From NCBI GenBank assembly GCA_963579735.1, contig CAUZIB010000014.1, positions 1,552-65,551 of the forward strand: 64,000 bases of DNA, written 5' to 3'. The translations under genes were made by a program, and so were the position numbers. Under the pieces are notes generated by a model that was given only the letters and a program-made list of their open reading frames with translations, had not been told where the DNA came from and ran no database searches. This stretch comes from Vicinamibacteria bacterium (GTDB lineage Bacteria; Acidobacteriota; Vicinamibacteria; Vicinamibacterales; UBA8438). This document shows, one piece after another, positions 1 to 8,057 of this stretch. How positions within the stretch are numbered: position 1 is the first letter of the stretch; the number at the start of each line of letters is the position of its first letter.

Positions 1-877
1 CGTAGGACCGTCGGTCGCCGGTGCCCATTTGTTCGTGCCCGTAGGTGACGGTGGGATCGTCGCGTTTGATTTGGCGACCGGCCGCCGTCTCTGGGAAACG
101 CGACTGGGAGGGAGCCCCCAGAGCATTCTTGCGCTCGATCGTCTGTTTGTGGGCGCGACCGACAATCTCATGTACTGCCTGTCACTTGCCGACGGAACGG
201 TGATCTGGAGGTGGCGAACCGGCGCTGATGTCGTCGGCCGTCCTACCGTTGATGAGGAGTTGGTATTTTTTGTGTCGCTTGACAATGTGCTGCGGGCCCT
301 CGACCGGTCGAACGGCGCGCAGCGGTGGCGCCAACCACTCCCGGGACGACCCACCGCTGGGCCGCAACGCGTTGGGGATATCGTGCTGGTATCGGGTATC
401 GCCGCGGATGTGTTGGCATTCGACACGGTTGACGGCACGCCTCATGGCATGCTCACGGCTCCCAGTGAGCTTGCCGCTCCTGCTCGTATTCTGCGACCGC
501 CCTCCGCGTTGGCCCCCGGTGTCGTGCTGACGATGGGTGATGGGCGAATGACGATTCTCCGCGAGGCTGTCGGACCAGGGCGGTTTTCTCTAACGTTCCC
601 ACCGCCGCCGCTGCTCGCGCGCCCGGACATGCTCGCACTGCGCGACGTCTTGCCGTTCGTCGCAATTGACGAGACGTCGGATAGCACCGACCCTGAACGT
701 CCGGGGCCACGTCTGACGCCGCCGGCCGACGTCTTGCCATTCGTCCCACTCGACCCCGACGCCGTCTCGCCAGCCGAAGAGACCGACGACGCGGCTCCAG
801 AGGCCGGACAGACCGACGCCGCCTTCCTCGGGATTGGAGTGCAGGCGGCGTCTTCGTCGCCCCGGACGCCGCGATGA
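1..877 (+). CDS. PQQ-like beta-propeller repeat protein (BamB/YfgL-like), 5' end outside the window
   Basis: Frame is open back to position 2. Repeated blade-like segments (GGIVAFDLATGRRLWE, DGTVIWRW, RSNGAQRWR). Pro/Asp-rich tail with two DVLPFV copies. Stop overlaps the next start (ATGA at 874-877). Confidence 0.6.
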   Translation, partial: VGPSVAGAHLFVPVGDGGIVAFDLATGRRLWETRLGGSPQSILALDRLFVGATDNLMYCLSLADGTVIWRWRTGADVVGRPTVDEELVFFVSLDNVLRALDRSNGAQRWRQPLPGRPTAGPQRVGDIVLVSGIAADVLAFDTVDGTPHGMLTAPSELAAPARILRPPSALAPGVVLTMGDGRMTILREAVGPGRFSLTFPPPPLLARPDMLALRDVLPFVAIDETSDSTDPERPGPRLTPPADVLPFVPLDPDAVSPAEETDDAAPEAGQTDAAFLGIGVQAASSSPRTPR

Positions 878-3800
878 GTCATCGGTTTCCCGACGTTCGC
901 CGACCGGCGTTGGCAGCACTTGTCGGGGCTGGTCTCATCGCCGGGGTCGGGTGGATCGTCGAGATTTGGTGGCTGGGCGTCAGCTCCGACGCGTCTTTCG
1001 CTCGCGTGCAAGAGGCCGTGCACGGCGACTTTCTGACCGCGGAGCAATCCCTGGCCTTGGTTGCCGGTCGTGTCGCGGGACACCCCGAGGTGGCCTCTTC
1101 CTTGGGGCGTGACGACGCGCGTGGCCGACTGTTCGAGATCACCAGAGAACACGTCGCCCGACTTCACGACCCGGCAATCTCGGTCACGGTGTTCGACGCC
1201 GGTCACTCAGCTCGCGCGTGGACTGGACGACCGTCAAATGTCCCGCTCGATCCGATGCCCGCGGACCGGCTGGTGTTTGTCTCCGTGGGGATTCGGGACC
1301 TGCGCCTCGTACACGTCGAGCCGCTGGCGATTATCGAGGTCGGGGACGACCGCCGCCGCCGGGCCGGCGCGGTCGTCGCGGAACGCGTCCTCTCCCGCAC
1401 CCCCCGCATTGTCAGCTCTTCGCTCGGCGGCTTTCAAGTCTCGACGTCCATCGCGGATGTCACCTTGCGACCTCACCAAGATGGCGAGGTGGTCTCAGAA
1501 CCATATCGCTTTGTCCTCAAGACGCCCGCGGGACAGGTCTTGCTTGAGGCAGAAGTGCTGGAGAGCGACCTCAACCAGGCCCGCGCCGACTGGAGACGAG
1601 GCGTGCTGGCGACGGGATTGGTCTTCTTGGCCAGCCTTGTTTTGGTCTCGGCGGGGACGCTCCTCACTCGCCCGCTCGCCGTCGGTCCGGGCCGACAGCG
1701 AGCCGCCGCGACATTGGCCGCCGGAGCCGCCGTTGGGTGTCTGTGCGCGTTCGGCCTGTTGTGGTTGGCTCCAAGCTTGGTGCCGGCTCGTTTCTCGCTC
1801 GTCGACCCGACGACATATCGCTCCGCTTGGTTCGCCGGGATACTCCGCCATCCTGTCGATCTCCTGCTGGGCGGCTTGCTCCTCCTGGGACTCGTGGTCG
1901 TCGCGACATACGCGATCGAGCGAACTCGGTTGGGGGGATACGCGGGACGGCAGCCCCTGCCGCGTGGCCCCACCCGAAGCTTTGTGCTTACACAGCTGTC
2001 GGGCGGCGTCCTGGCGACGGCGGGACTGTGGGGGCTCGATCGGTTGATCGGCGACACATTTCAGAATGCGTCTGTCGACCTGCTCCACACATCGCTCCAG
2101 CCATGGGACTCCGGTCGCGTGACGTTGCTCCTAGGCGTACTGCTCGTGAGCGTGGCGACCTTTTGGGGTGTGACGCTGATCTTTTCTTCGGTCCGTCTAC
2201 CGTGGACCGCCCGTCATCGCTCCCGGCGTGTGGGGCTGCTCATCGGCGCGGTCTGGTGCGCCCCGGGTATGGTGCTCGCTCTCGGTGGTCTGCTCCCCGC
2301 GTTGGCGACGATGCCGCTCTTGCTCACGGCGGCCGCGGCGGCTCTCGCGATGCCAATGATGCGCCCACGCTTCCGACACGGATCGCATGCCGGTCGTCTG
2401 CTGGCCCTCCTAACCACGGTCCTCGTCCCGGCGCTCTTGACGTATCCGTCACTGCTTCATCATGGCGAAGAGACAAAGCGCCGATACGTTGAAACCCAGC
2501 ATGCCATTCGTGCTGCGAGCCATTCAGAAGAGATGCAAGGTGCCTTGAGTGTTGCGCTGGGACAACTCGATGGCATTGTCGCCGGCGACCTGAGTACCCG
2601 ATGGGATGACCCGGTGTTTGGTCCCGGACCCGACCGCGCGTTCGAGCTCTGGCGACAGACGGAGTTGGCGAGCCAGCGGTTGACGTCGTCGGTCGAACTG
2701 TATCGCGTCGGAGGCAATCTCATCAGCCGGTTCAACTTGAATCTTCCCGAATACGGCCGTGTCCCGCTCGGTCGTCAGGTCGTAGGGTGTGAGTGGGATG
2801 TCTTCGGGGAAATCGTTCCGTTTGGCTCTGACGAACGACGGGTGCTTCATGCCGAGCGCGCGCTCTGCGTGTCCTCCGCCGCCAACGCGGCGCGGGAGAA
2901 TCCCGACGGCCAGGCAGTGGGCTCGGTCGTGGTCCACCTGGCGTTTGACTATCAGACGCTGCCGTTTGTTTCACCGGAAAATCCCTACACGGAACTGCTA
3001 GGTCCCGCGCCGCGTCCGCAGTTGCAAGATCCCGCTGGTCAGGATGTAGAGCTGGTGGTCTATGGGTGGGGTCTTCAGCCCGTCTTTTCCTCGAGCCAAG
3101 ATGCCTGGTCAATCGACGAAAGGCTGTTTGATCGAATCTACGCATCACGGACGCCGTTCTGGACCACGCTCACAAAGGGAGCGCAGACCTATAACGTCTT
3201 TGTTGCCAACAACCGCGAAGGTATCTATGTCGTTGGATATCCGACCCTTCGCCCGTTCCAGCATCTCGTCCGGCTGGCCGAGATCACGACGGTGGTTTCG
3301 CTGCTGTTTGTCGCGCTCGTGGCAACGTCTCTGGCGGGAGGGTGGCTGACCCCAGAACGCTATCGGTTCGGACGCGCATTGCTCCGGGAAGTGCGAAGTA
3401 GCTTCTACCGTCGACTCCTGCTGGCTTTTATCGCGGCGACACTGGTGCCACTGCTCGCGCTGGCCTTTGTCATTCGCAACTATGTCACCGCGCAGCTTCG
3501 GGCGGATGTGGAGGCCGGGGCAGCCCAAACGGCGATTGTGGCGCAGCGGGTGATCGAGGAGTCACTGGAACAAGTGGGACAACTGCCCACGGCCGCTCTT
3601 GTCACTGACGATTTGATGGTGTGGATCAACCACGTGCTCAACCAAGAGGTCAATATCTTTCTCGGGTCGCAGCTGGTCGCCACCAGCGAACGCCCACTCT
3701 TCGCCTCCGGGCTCCTCCCTACCCGGACTCCAGACGCCGTCTATACGGCAATCGCGCTCGAGCATTTTCCGACCTTCGTGATGGAGGATTCCGTCGGCTC

Positions 3801-4917
3801 CCTGCAATACGTGGTCGCGGCGGCACCACTGCGCTCCTTGGGTCCAGAAGCCGTGCTGACGGTGCCGATGGCGTCTCGCCAACAACAGATCGAGCGACAG
3901 ATTGACGATCTCGACCGGGGTATCTTGCTCGGCGTCGTCGTCTTTGTGCTGCTTGGCGCTGGCGGAGGCTTGTATTTTGCAGAGCGCATCGCTGACCCGG
4001 TAAAGCGACTTACGGCAGCGACGGCCCGAATCGCCAGTGGCGACTTTGACGCGCATGTGGCAGCGCGTTCCTCCGATGAGCTCCAACAGCTGGTCGTGTC
4101 GTTCAACCGGATGGCGGATGATCTCAAACGCCAGCAGATTCAGCTCGAAAAGACCCATCGGCTGGAAGCCTGGGCCGACATGGCGCGGCAGGTCGCCCAC
4201 GAGATCAAGAACCCCCTGACCCCGGTCCAACTCTCGGCCGAACATTTGCTTCGGGTCCACGCCGACCGCGGCGAACCTCTGGGGCCCGTGGTGAAGAGTT
4301 GCGTGGACTCCATCCTGACTCAGGTGCGACTCCTGCGCCAAATCTCATCCGAGTTCTCGAGCTACGCCACCCAGCCGACAGTCGAGCGACGGCCGACGTC
4401 GCCCCGGGAGCTCGTCGATGCCGTCCTAAAGCCGTATCGGGTGGGTCTGGCAGACCGAATCGCGGTCGCGGTGGATGTGCCCTCATCGCTGCCCGCGCTG
4501 GCTCTCGACCGGACACTGGTGGGTCGCGCCCTGACAAACATCATCGAGAACGCACTGCATGCCATGCCTGCCACCGGTACGCTCGAAGTTGGCGGAACGA
4601 GCGAGGGGAACACCGTCATCTTCACCGTGACCGACACCGGCATCGGTCTCGACCCGGAAACTCTCCAGCGAATTTTTGAGCCATATTTTTCAACGAAGGT
4701 GGCTGGTACGGGGCTGGGGATGGCCATTGCGAAGCGCAACATCGAGCTCAATGGCGGCGATATCGAGGTGGTGAGTCGGAAGGACTACGGTACGAAGGTC
4801 ACGCTGCGTTTCCGCAACGCGGGTCAACGAGCCGCAGGGAATTCCGAGGTCGGGGGGGCAAGGTCCTTTGGCACGTCGTCCGGCGCAGAGACCGACGGGG
4901 ATGTGTCGGAGTCCTGA
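874..4917 (+). CDS. Large multi-TM sensor histidine kinase, NtrY-like transmitter
   Basis: 1347 aa. Many hydrophobic TM-like stretches in the first ~1000 aa. HAMP-like segment (PVKRLTAATARIASGDFD...FNRMADDL). H-box HEIKNPLTPVQLSAEHL. HATPase_c boxes (NIIENALHAM, DTGIGL, GTGLGMAI). Confidence 0.85.
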   Translation: MSHRFPDVRRPALAALVGAGLIAGVGWIVEIWWLGVSSDASFARVQEAVHGDFLTAEQSLALVAGRVAGHPEVASSLGRDDARGRLFEITREHVARLHDPAISVTVFDAGHSARAWTGRPSNVPLDPMPADRLVFVSVGIRDLRLVHVEPLAIIEVGDDRRRRAGAVVAERVLSRTPRIVSSSLGGFQVSTSIADVTLRPHQDGEVVSEPYRFVLKTPAGQVLLEAEVLESDLNQARADWRRGVLATGLVFLASLVLVSAGTLLTRPLAVGPGRQRAAATLAAGAAVGCLCAFGLLWLAPSLVPARFSLVDPTTYRSAWFAGILRHPVDLLLGGLLLLGLVVVATYAIERTRLGGYAGRQPLPRGPTRSFVLTQLSGGVLATAGLWGLDRLIGDTFQNASVDLLHTSLQPWDSGRVTLLLGVLLVSVATFWGVTLIFSSVRLPWTARHRSRRVGLLIGAVWCAPGMVLALGGLLPALATMPLLLTAAAAALAMPMMRPRFRHGSHAGRLLALLTTVLVPALLTYPSLLHHGEETKRRYVETQHAIRAASHSEEMQGALSVALGQLDGIVAGDLSTRWDDPVFGPGPDRAFELWRQTELASQRLTSSVELYRVGGNLISRFNLNLPEYGRVPLGRQVVGCEWDVFGEIVPFGSDERRVLHAERALCVSSAANAARENPDGQAVGSVVVHLAFDYQTLPFVSPENPYTELLGPAPRPQLQDPAGQDVELVVYGWGLQPVFSSSQDAWSIDERLFDRIYASRTPFWTTLTKGAQTYNVFVANNREGIYVVGYPTLRPFQHLVRLAEITTVVSLLFVALVATSLAGGWLTPERYRFGRALLREVRSSFYRRLLLAFIAATLVPLLALAFVIRNYVTAQLRADVEAGAAQTAIVAQRVIEESLEQVGQLPTAALVTDDLMVWINHVLNQEVNIFLGSQLVATSERPLFASGLLPTRTPDAVYTAIALEHFPTFVMEDSVGSLQYVVAAAPLRSLGPEAVLTVPMASRQQQIERQIDDLDRGILLGVVVFVLLGAGGGLYFAERIADPVKRLTAATARIASGDFDAHVAARSSDELQQLVVSFNRMADDLKRQQIQLEKTHRLEAWADMARQVAHEIKNPLTPVQLSAEHLLRVHADRGEPLGPVVKSCVDSILTQVRLLRQISSEFSSYATQPTVERRPTSPRELVDAVLKPYRVGLADRIAVAVDVPSSLPALALDRTLVGRALTNIIENALHAMPATGTLEVGGTSEGNTVIFTVTDTGIGLDPETLQRIFEPYFSTKVAGTGLGMAIAKRNIELNGGDIEVVSRKDYGTKVTLRFRNAGQRAAGNSEVGGARSFGTSSGAETDGDVSES

Positions 4918-5675
4918 GCGGCCGAGCGGCGTCGAATTCGGGTCAATACGAGACCGACTAAACCTGATGTGACATAGGTATAGGCCATCGCGAGCAGCAC
5001 TCCTTGCGGGTGGATGGTGATCCCCGAAATCACGGTGGCGATGACGAATAGCGATTGGAACGAGCGCCGTCCCTCGGGGACGATCGTGCGAATACTTCTG
5101 AAGCGGATCGGGCTGACCATCAGTGCCGCGGGAATGAGCACGACAAACAACGCCACGATGGCCTCGCTTGTCGTGTTGAGTCCCGCCGGATACCAAAAGA
5201 CCGTAGACACCAACACGCCCGCGGCAGGCGGGCTGGGGAGCCCGACGAAATATCGTTTATCGCCGCCCTTGCCTTGCAGATTGAATCGGGCCAATCGCAT
5301 GGCAGTCGCGGTGACGTAGAGGAATCCGGCGGCCCACCCCAACCGTCCCAAAGGCTCGAGGCCCCAGGCGTAGACGAGGGTCGCCGGTGCCACCCCAAAC
5401 GAAATCACATCGGCAAACGAGTCAAACTCACCGCCAAAATCGCTAGTGGAGCCCGTGAGGCGGGCGATCCGACCGTCAAACATGTCCAGCACCATGGCGA
5501 AGCCGATGAGAGGCGCGGCCGTGCCAAAGTCACCCCGCATGGCATACACGACGCAGGCCCAACCACACGCCATGTTGGCGACGGTCATGAGACTAGGCAG
5601 GAGATACACGCCGCGCTGAAAACGCCGTGACCGCTTTGACGGTTGAGGATCGAAGACGGAAATCACAGTCGTCAC
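4824..5675 (-). CDS. pssA: CDP-diacylglycerol--serine O-phosphatidyltransferase
   Basis: CDP-alcohol phosphatidyltransferase motif DMFDGRIARLTGSTSDFGGEFDSFAD. Start placed at GTG 5675, with GGAGGA upstream and a GTGA overlap with the psd stop. The longer ORF to 5990 would overlap psd. Confidence 0.85.
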   Translation of the reverse strand: MTTVISVFDPQPSKRSRRFQRGVYLLPSLMTVANMACGWACVVYAMRGDFGTAAPLIGFAMVLDMFDGRIARLTGSTSDFGGEFDSFADVISFGVAPATLVYAWGLEPLGRLGWAAGFLYVTATAMRLARFNLQGKGGDKRYFVGLPSPPAAGVLVSTVFWYPAGLNTTSEAIVALFVVLIPAALMVSPIRFRSIRTIVPEGRRSFQSLFVIATVISGITIHPQGVLLAMAYTYVTSGLVGLVLTRIRRRSAAQDSDTSPSVSAPDDVPKDLAPPTSEFPAAR

Positions 5676-6391
5676 GACAAATCCTCCTGCTTCCCAGAGG
5701 CTGCCTCTGGGGCCAGCGATGACGTGGTCGTCTCTGACGCCGCCTCGAGGGATGTGCCAAAACGAGCGAGCACTGTTTCGCCGCCCCTCACGACGTCGCC
5801 AACCGTCACTTCGAGCTGTAACCGAGATTCCGCGGGCAGAAAGACATCCATGCGCGAGCCAAACTTCATAATACCCAACCGGTCGCCTTGGTGAATGTCC
5901 ACGCCCGGCGTGACGCGGCAGACAATGCGGCGTGCCAGGAACCCTACGACCTGCCGGCAGACCACAGCCTGTTCCTCGTGTGTGATCCAAATCTCGCTAC
6001 GTTCGTTCTCGCCCGCTGCTTCCCGTCGATAGGCCGCGAGAAACCGTCCCGGTCGATACTCGACGGAGGTGACCCGGCCACTGACCGGTGAGCGGTTCAC
6101 GTGCACGTCCATTGGCGACAGAAAGATACTGACCTGCGTCCATCGACGGTCTCCAATGGGGGCGATGGCCGGGTCCGCGTCGCCCGCGTGCATCACCCGG
6201 CCATCCGCCGGTGCCAAGACAAGCGACGCGTCGTCGGGGACATCGCGGACGGGGTCCCGAAAGAAAAACGTGAAGAATCCGGCAAGCATGCCACACGCGA
6301 CCGCCCCGTAAGGGTGGCCTAGCCACGCCAGCGCGATGGCCGGAACGGTTGCGCCGAGGACGAACGGGACACCCGCCCGATCAATTGTCAT
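5672..6391 (-). CDS. psd: Phosphatidylserine decarboxylase proenzyme (small type)
   Basis: 239 aa. The self-processing region GIMKFGSRMDVFLP contains the G-S site. Located directly upstream of pssA with overlapping stop/start. Confidence 0.85.
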   Translation of the reverse strand: MTIDRAGVPFVLGATVPAIALAWLGHPYGAVACGMLAGFFTFFFRDPVRDVPDDASLVLAPADGRVMHAGDADPAIAPIGDRRWTQVSIFLSPMDVHVNRSPVSGRVTSVEYRPGRFLAAYRREAAGENERSEIWITHEEQAVVCRQVVGFLARRIVCRVTPGVDIHQGDRLGIMKFGSRMDVFLPAESRLQLEVTVGDVVRGGETVLARFGTSLEAASETTTSSLAPEAASGKQEDLS

Positions 6392-6704
6392 GCTGTCACC
6401 ACAAGGACTCGTGGGGTGTCGCCGAGAAACGTCAAGTATTGCTCCGGGCTGCGACGCCGCGCCGGCCAGGCGCGATGACGCATGTTGGGGATATGTGAGC
6501 GAAGAGCAACGCCGTCGACGTGGTGTCCCGGCCGGAGCACGCTGAACGTATCTCTGCGACAGTCCACTCGGTCGCTACGACCAGTCTGAGTAGCAAGGTT
6601 GGCAGAACCCGGGCCCGCGTCACCATCGCAATCTGCTCTGTAGGAGAGACGCGCGGCAGCGAACGTCTCCCGAAACACGCTTCCCAGGCGTCGCCGATAG
6701 TCCA

Positions 6705-6971
6705 CTAGCTCCGAGGATGCGGTTGTAGCGCGGGTGACGGGCTGGCCTCGGAGGCCTCGCGGTATTGCCGAATCATCTCCTCCATACGATCTTTGAGTTG
6801 GAGCTTTCGCTTCTTGAGAATGAGATGTTCCTGCTCTTCATTCGCCGTGTGAGACAACTGACTTGCCAACTCCCGGAGGCGCACATCGAGCTGTTGGTGT
6901 TGCGCCGACAGTCGGCGCAACTCGTCGTCGGTCCCGATCAGGTGCGCTCGCAACGGATCAGACTCGCTCAT
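6705..6971 (-). CDS. DUF465 (YdcH-like) coiled-coil protein
   Basis: 88 aa. The pattern LRRLSAQHQQLDVRLRELAS...EEQEHLILKKRKLQLKDRMEEMI matches my memory of DUF465 proteins. Confidence 0.6.
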   Translation of the reverse strand: MSESDPLRAHLIGTDDELRRLSAQHQQLDVRLRELASQLSHTANEEQEHLILKKRKLQLKDRMEEMIRQYREASEASPSPALQPHPRS

Positions 6972-7234
6972 TCCGCCTCCTACTGACTTGCTGGACGTCT
7001 CTCAGAAAACGTTGTCCTTGCGTCGTCGCCTCTGTTGTCGCACAACAGCGATCCGGTCTCGGCCGCCGCTCAATATGCTCGGTCGCGTGTCTGGCGTCTC
7101 GTCTGGGGTGAGCCCGTGGTCAGGGATTCGAGAGGCCCGACGTTTTGGTGAGATGTGAGTGACGCAGGTCGGATTCAGCAACGACATGCAAGCAAAAACG
7201 TATCACACGGACACAGGTGTTTCAAGCAAGGTTA

Positions 7235-8002
7235 CTAGGTGTGCGCGGGGTCGTGACCAGACTGCCGTCGCTCCCGCGCGAGCTCGGCGTCAGGCCGGCG
7301 TACATACACCGGTCGTATCGCATGTGGGGCAATGCGGTCCGAATCGGCTGCGCCTTCCGCCAGACGGGCGATGACTGGGGCCAGGGGCGGCAGGTGGGAC
7401 AGGATGAGATGTCGCACGTCACCGACCCCATCGAGCAGCGGCTGAGCGTCGCTGACGCCATCCCCCACCAACACGACGGGCCCGGCCTCCAGGGTCGAAG
7501 CCAGGCGGTCGACGACCGCCGTGGACGTGCCCACAAACGGTGCGATTTCCAGCGTCATCCCGCGACCATCGCGCTGAGGGGGCTGAGCCTTGGCCAGATA
7601 CACCGCCGCGAATAGTTCGCCGCGCTGGGCGTTCATCAACGGTATGACCCGCGCGGGTGTGACCGGCGCGGGCGAATTCTTGTCGGACCACCAGCCCGCG
7701 TAGGCAAGGGCTTCCAACGTGGGAATCGTGACGACTGGTCGACCGGTCGCCATGGCTAGCCCTTGTATCGTCGCCAGACCGACCCTGAGACCCGTAAACG
7801 AGCCAGGTCCGGAGCAGACGGCGTAGAGATCGACATCTGCGGGGGCGCGCCCGACTTCGGTCAAGAGTGTCAGGATGTCGTTTGGCAGTCGTTCGCCGTG
7901 CGTACGGTCGGCGTGTCCTTTCCGCGACGTCAAGATCTCGCCGGCTCGGAGGATGGCGACACTGCCCGCGCGGGTCGTTGTATCGAGCGCGACGACGATC
8001 AT
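7235..8002 (-). CDS. tsaB: tRNA t6A biosynthesis protein TsaB (inactive M22 peptidase homologue)
   Basis: MIVVALDTTTRAGSVAIL... and CSGPGSFTGLRVGLATIQG. Start placed at ATG 8002; the longer ORF to 8104 would overlap mutS. Confidence 0.75.
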   Translation of the reverse strand: MIVVALDTTTRAGSVAILRAGEILTSRKGHADRTHGERLPNDILTLLTEVGRAPADVDLYAVCSGPGSFTGLRVGLATIQGLAMATGRPVVTIPTLEALAYAGWWSDKNSPAPVTPARVIPLMNAQRGELFAAVYLAKAQPPQRDGRGMTLEIAPFVGTSTAVVDRLASTLEAGPVVLVGDGVSDAQPLLDGVGDVRHLILSHLPPLAPVIARLAEGAADSDRIAPHAIRPVYVRRPDAELARERRQSGHDPAHT

Positions 8003-8057
8003 CGGATTGTCGGCGTCTTGGGTAAAGGGCACTACGTAGAGTGTATCCTCACGCCTG

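Noticed and set aside
5676-5990. Upstream extension of the pssA ORF to 5990
   Set aside because: It would overlap psd by more than 300 nt. GTG 5675 has a GGAGGA RBS and the classic GTGA stop/start overlap.
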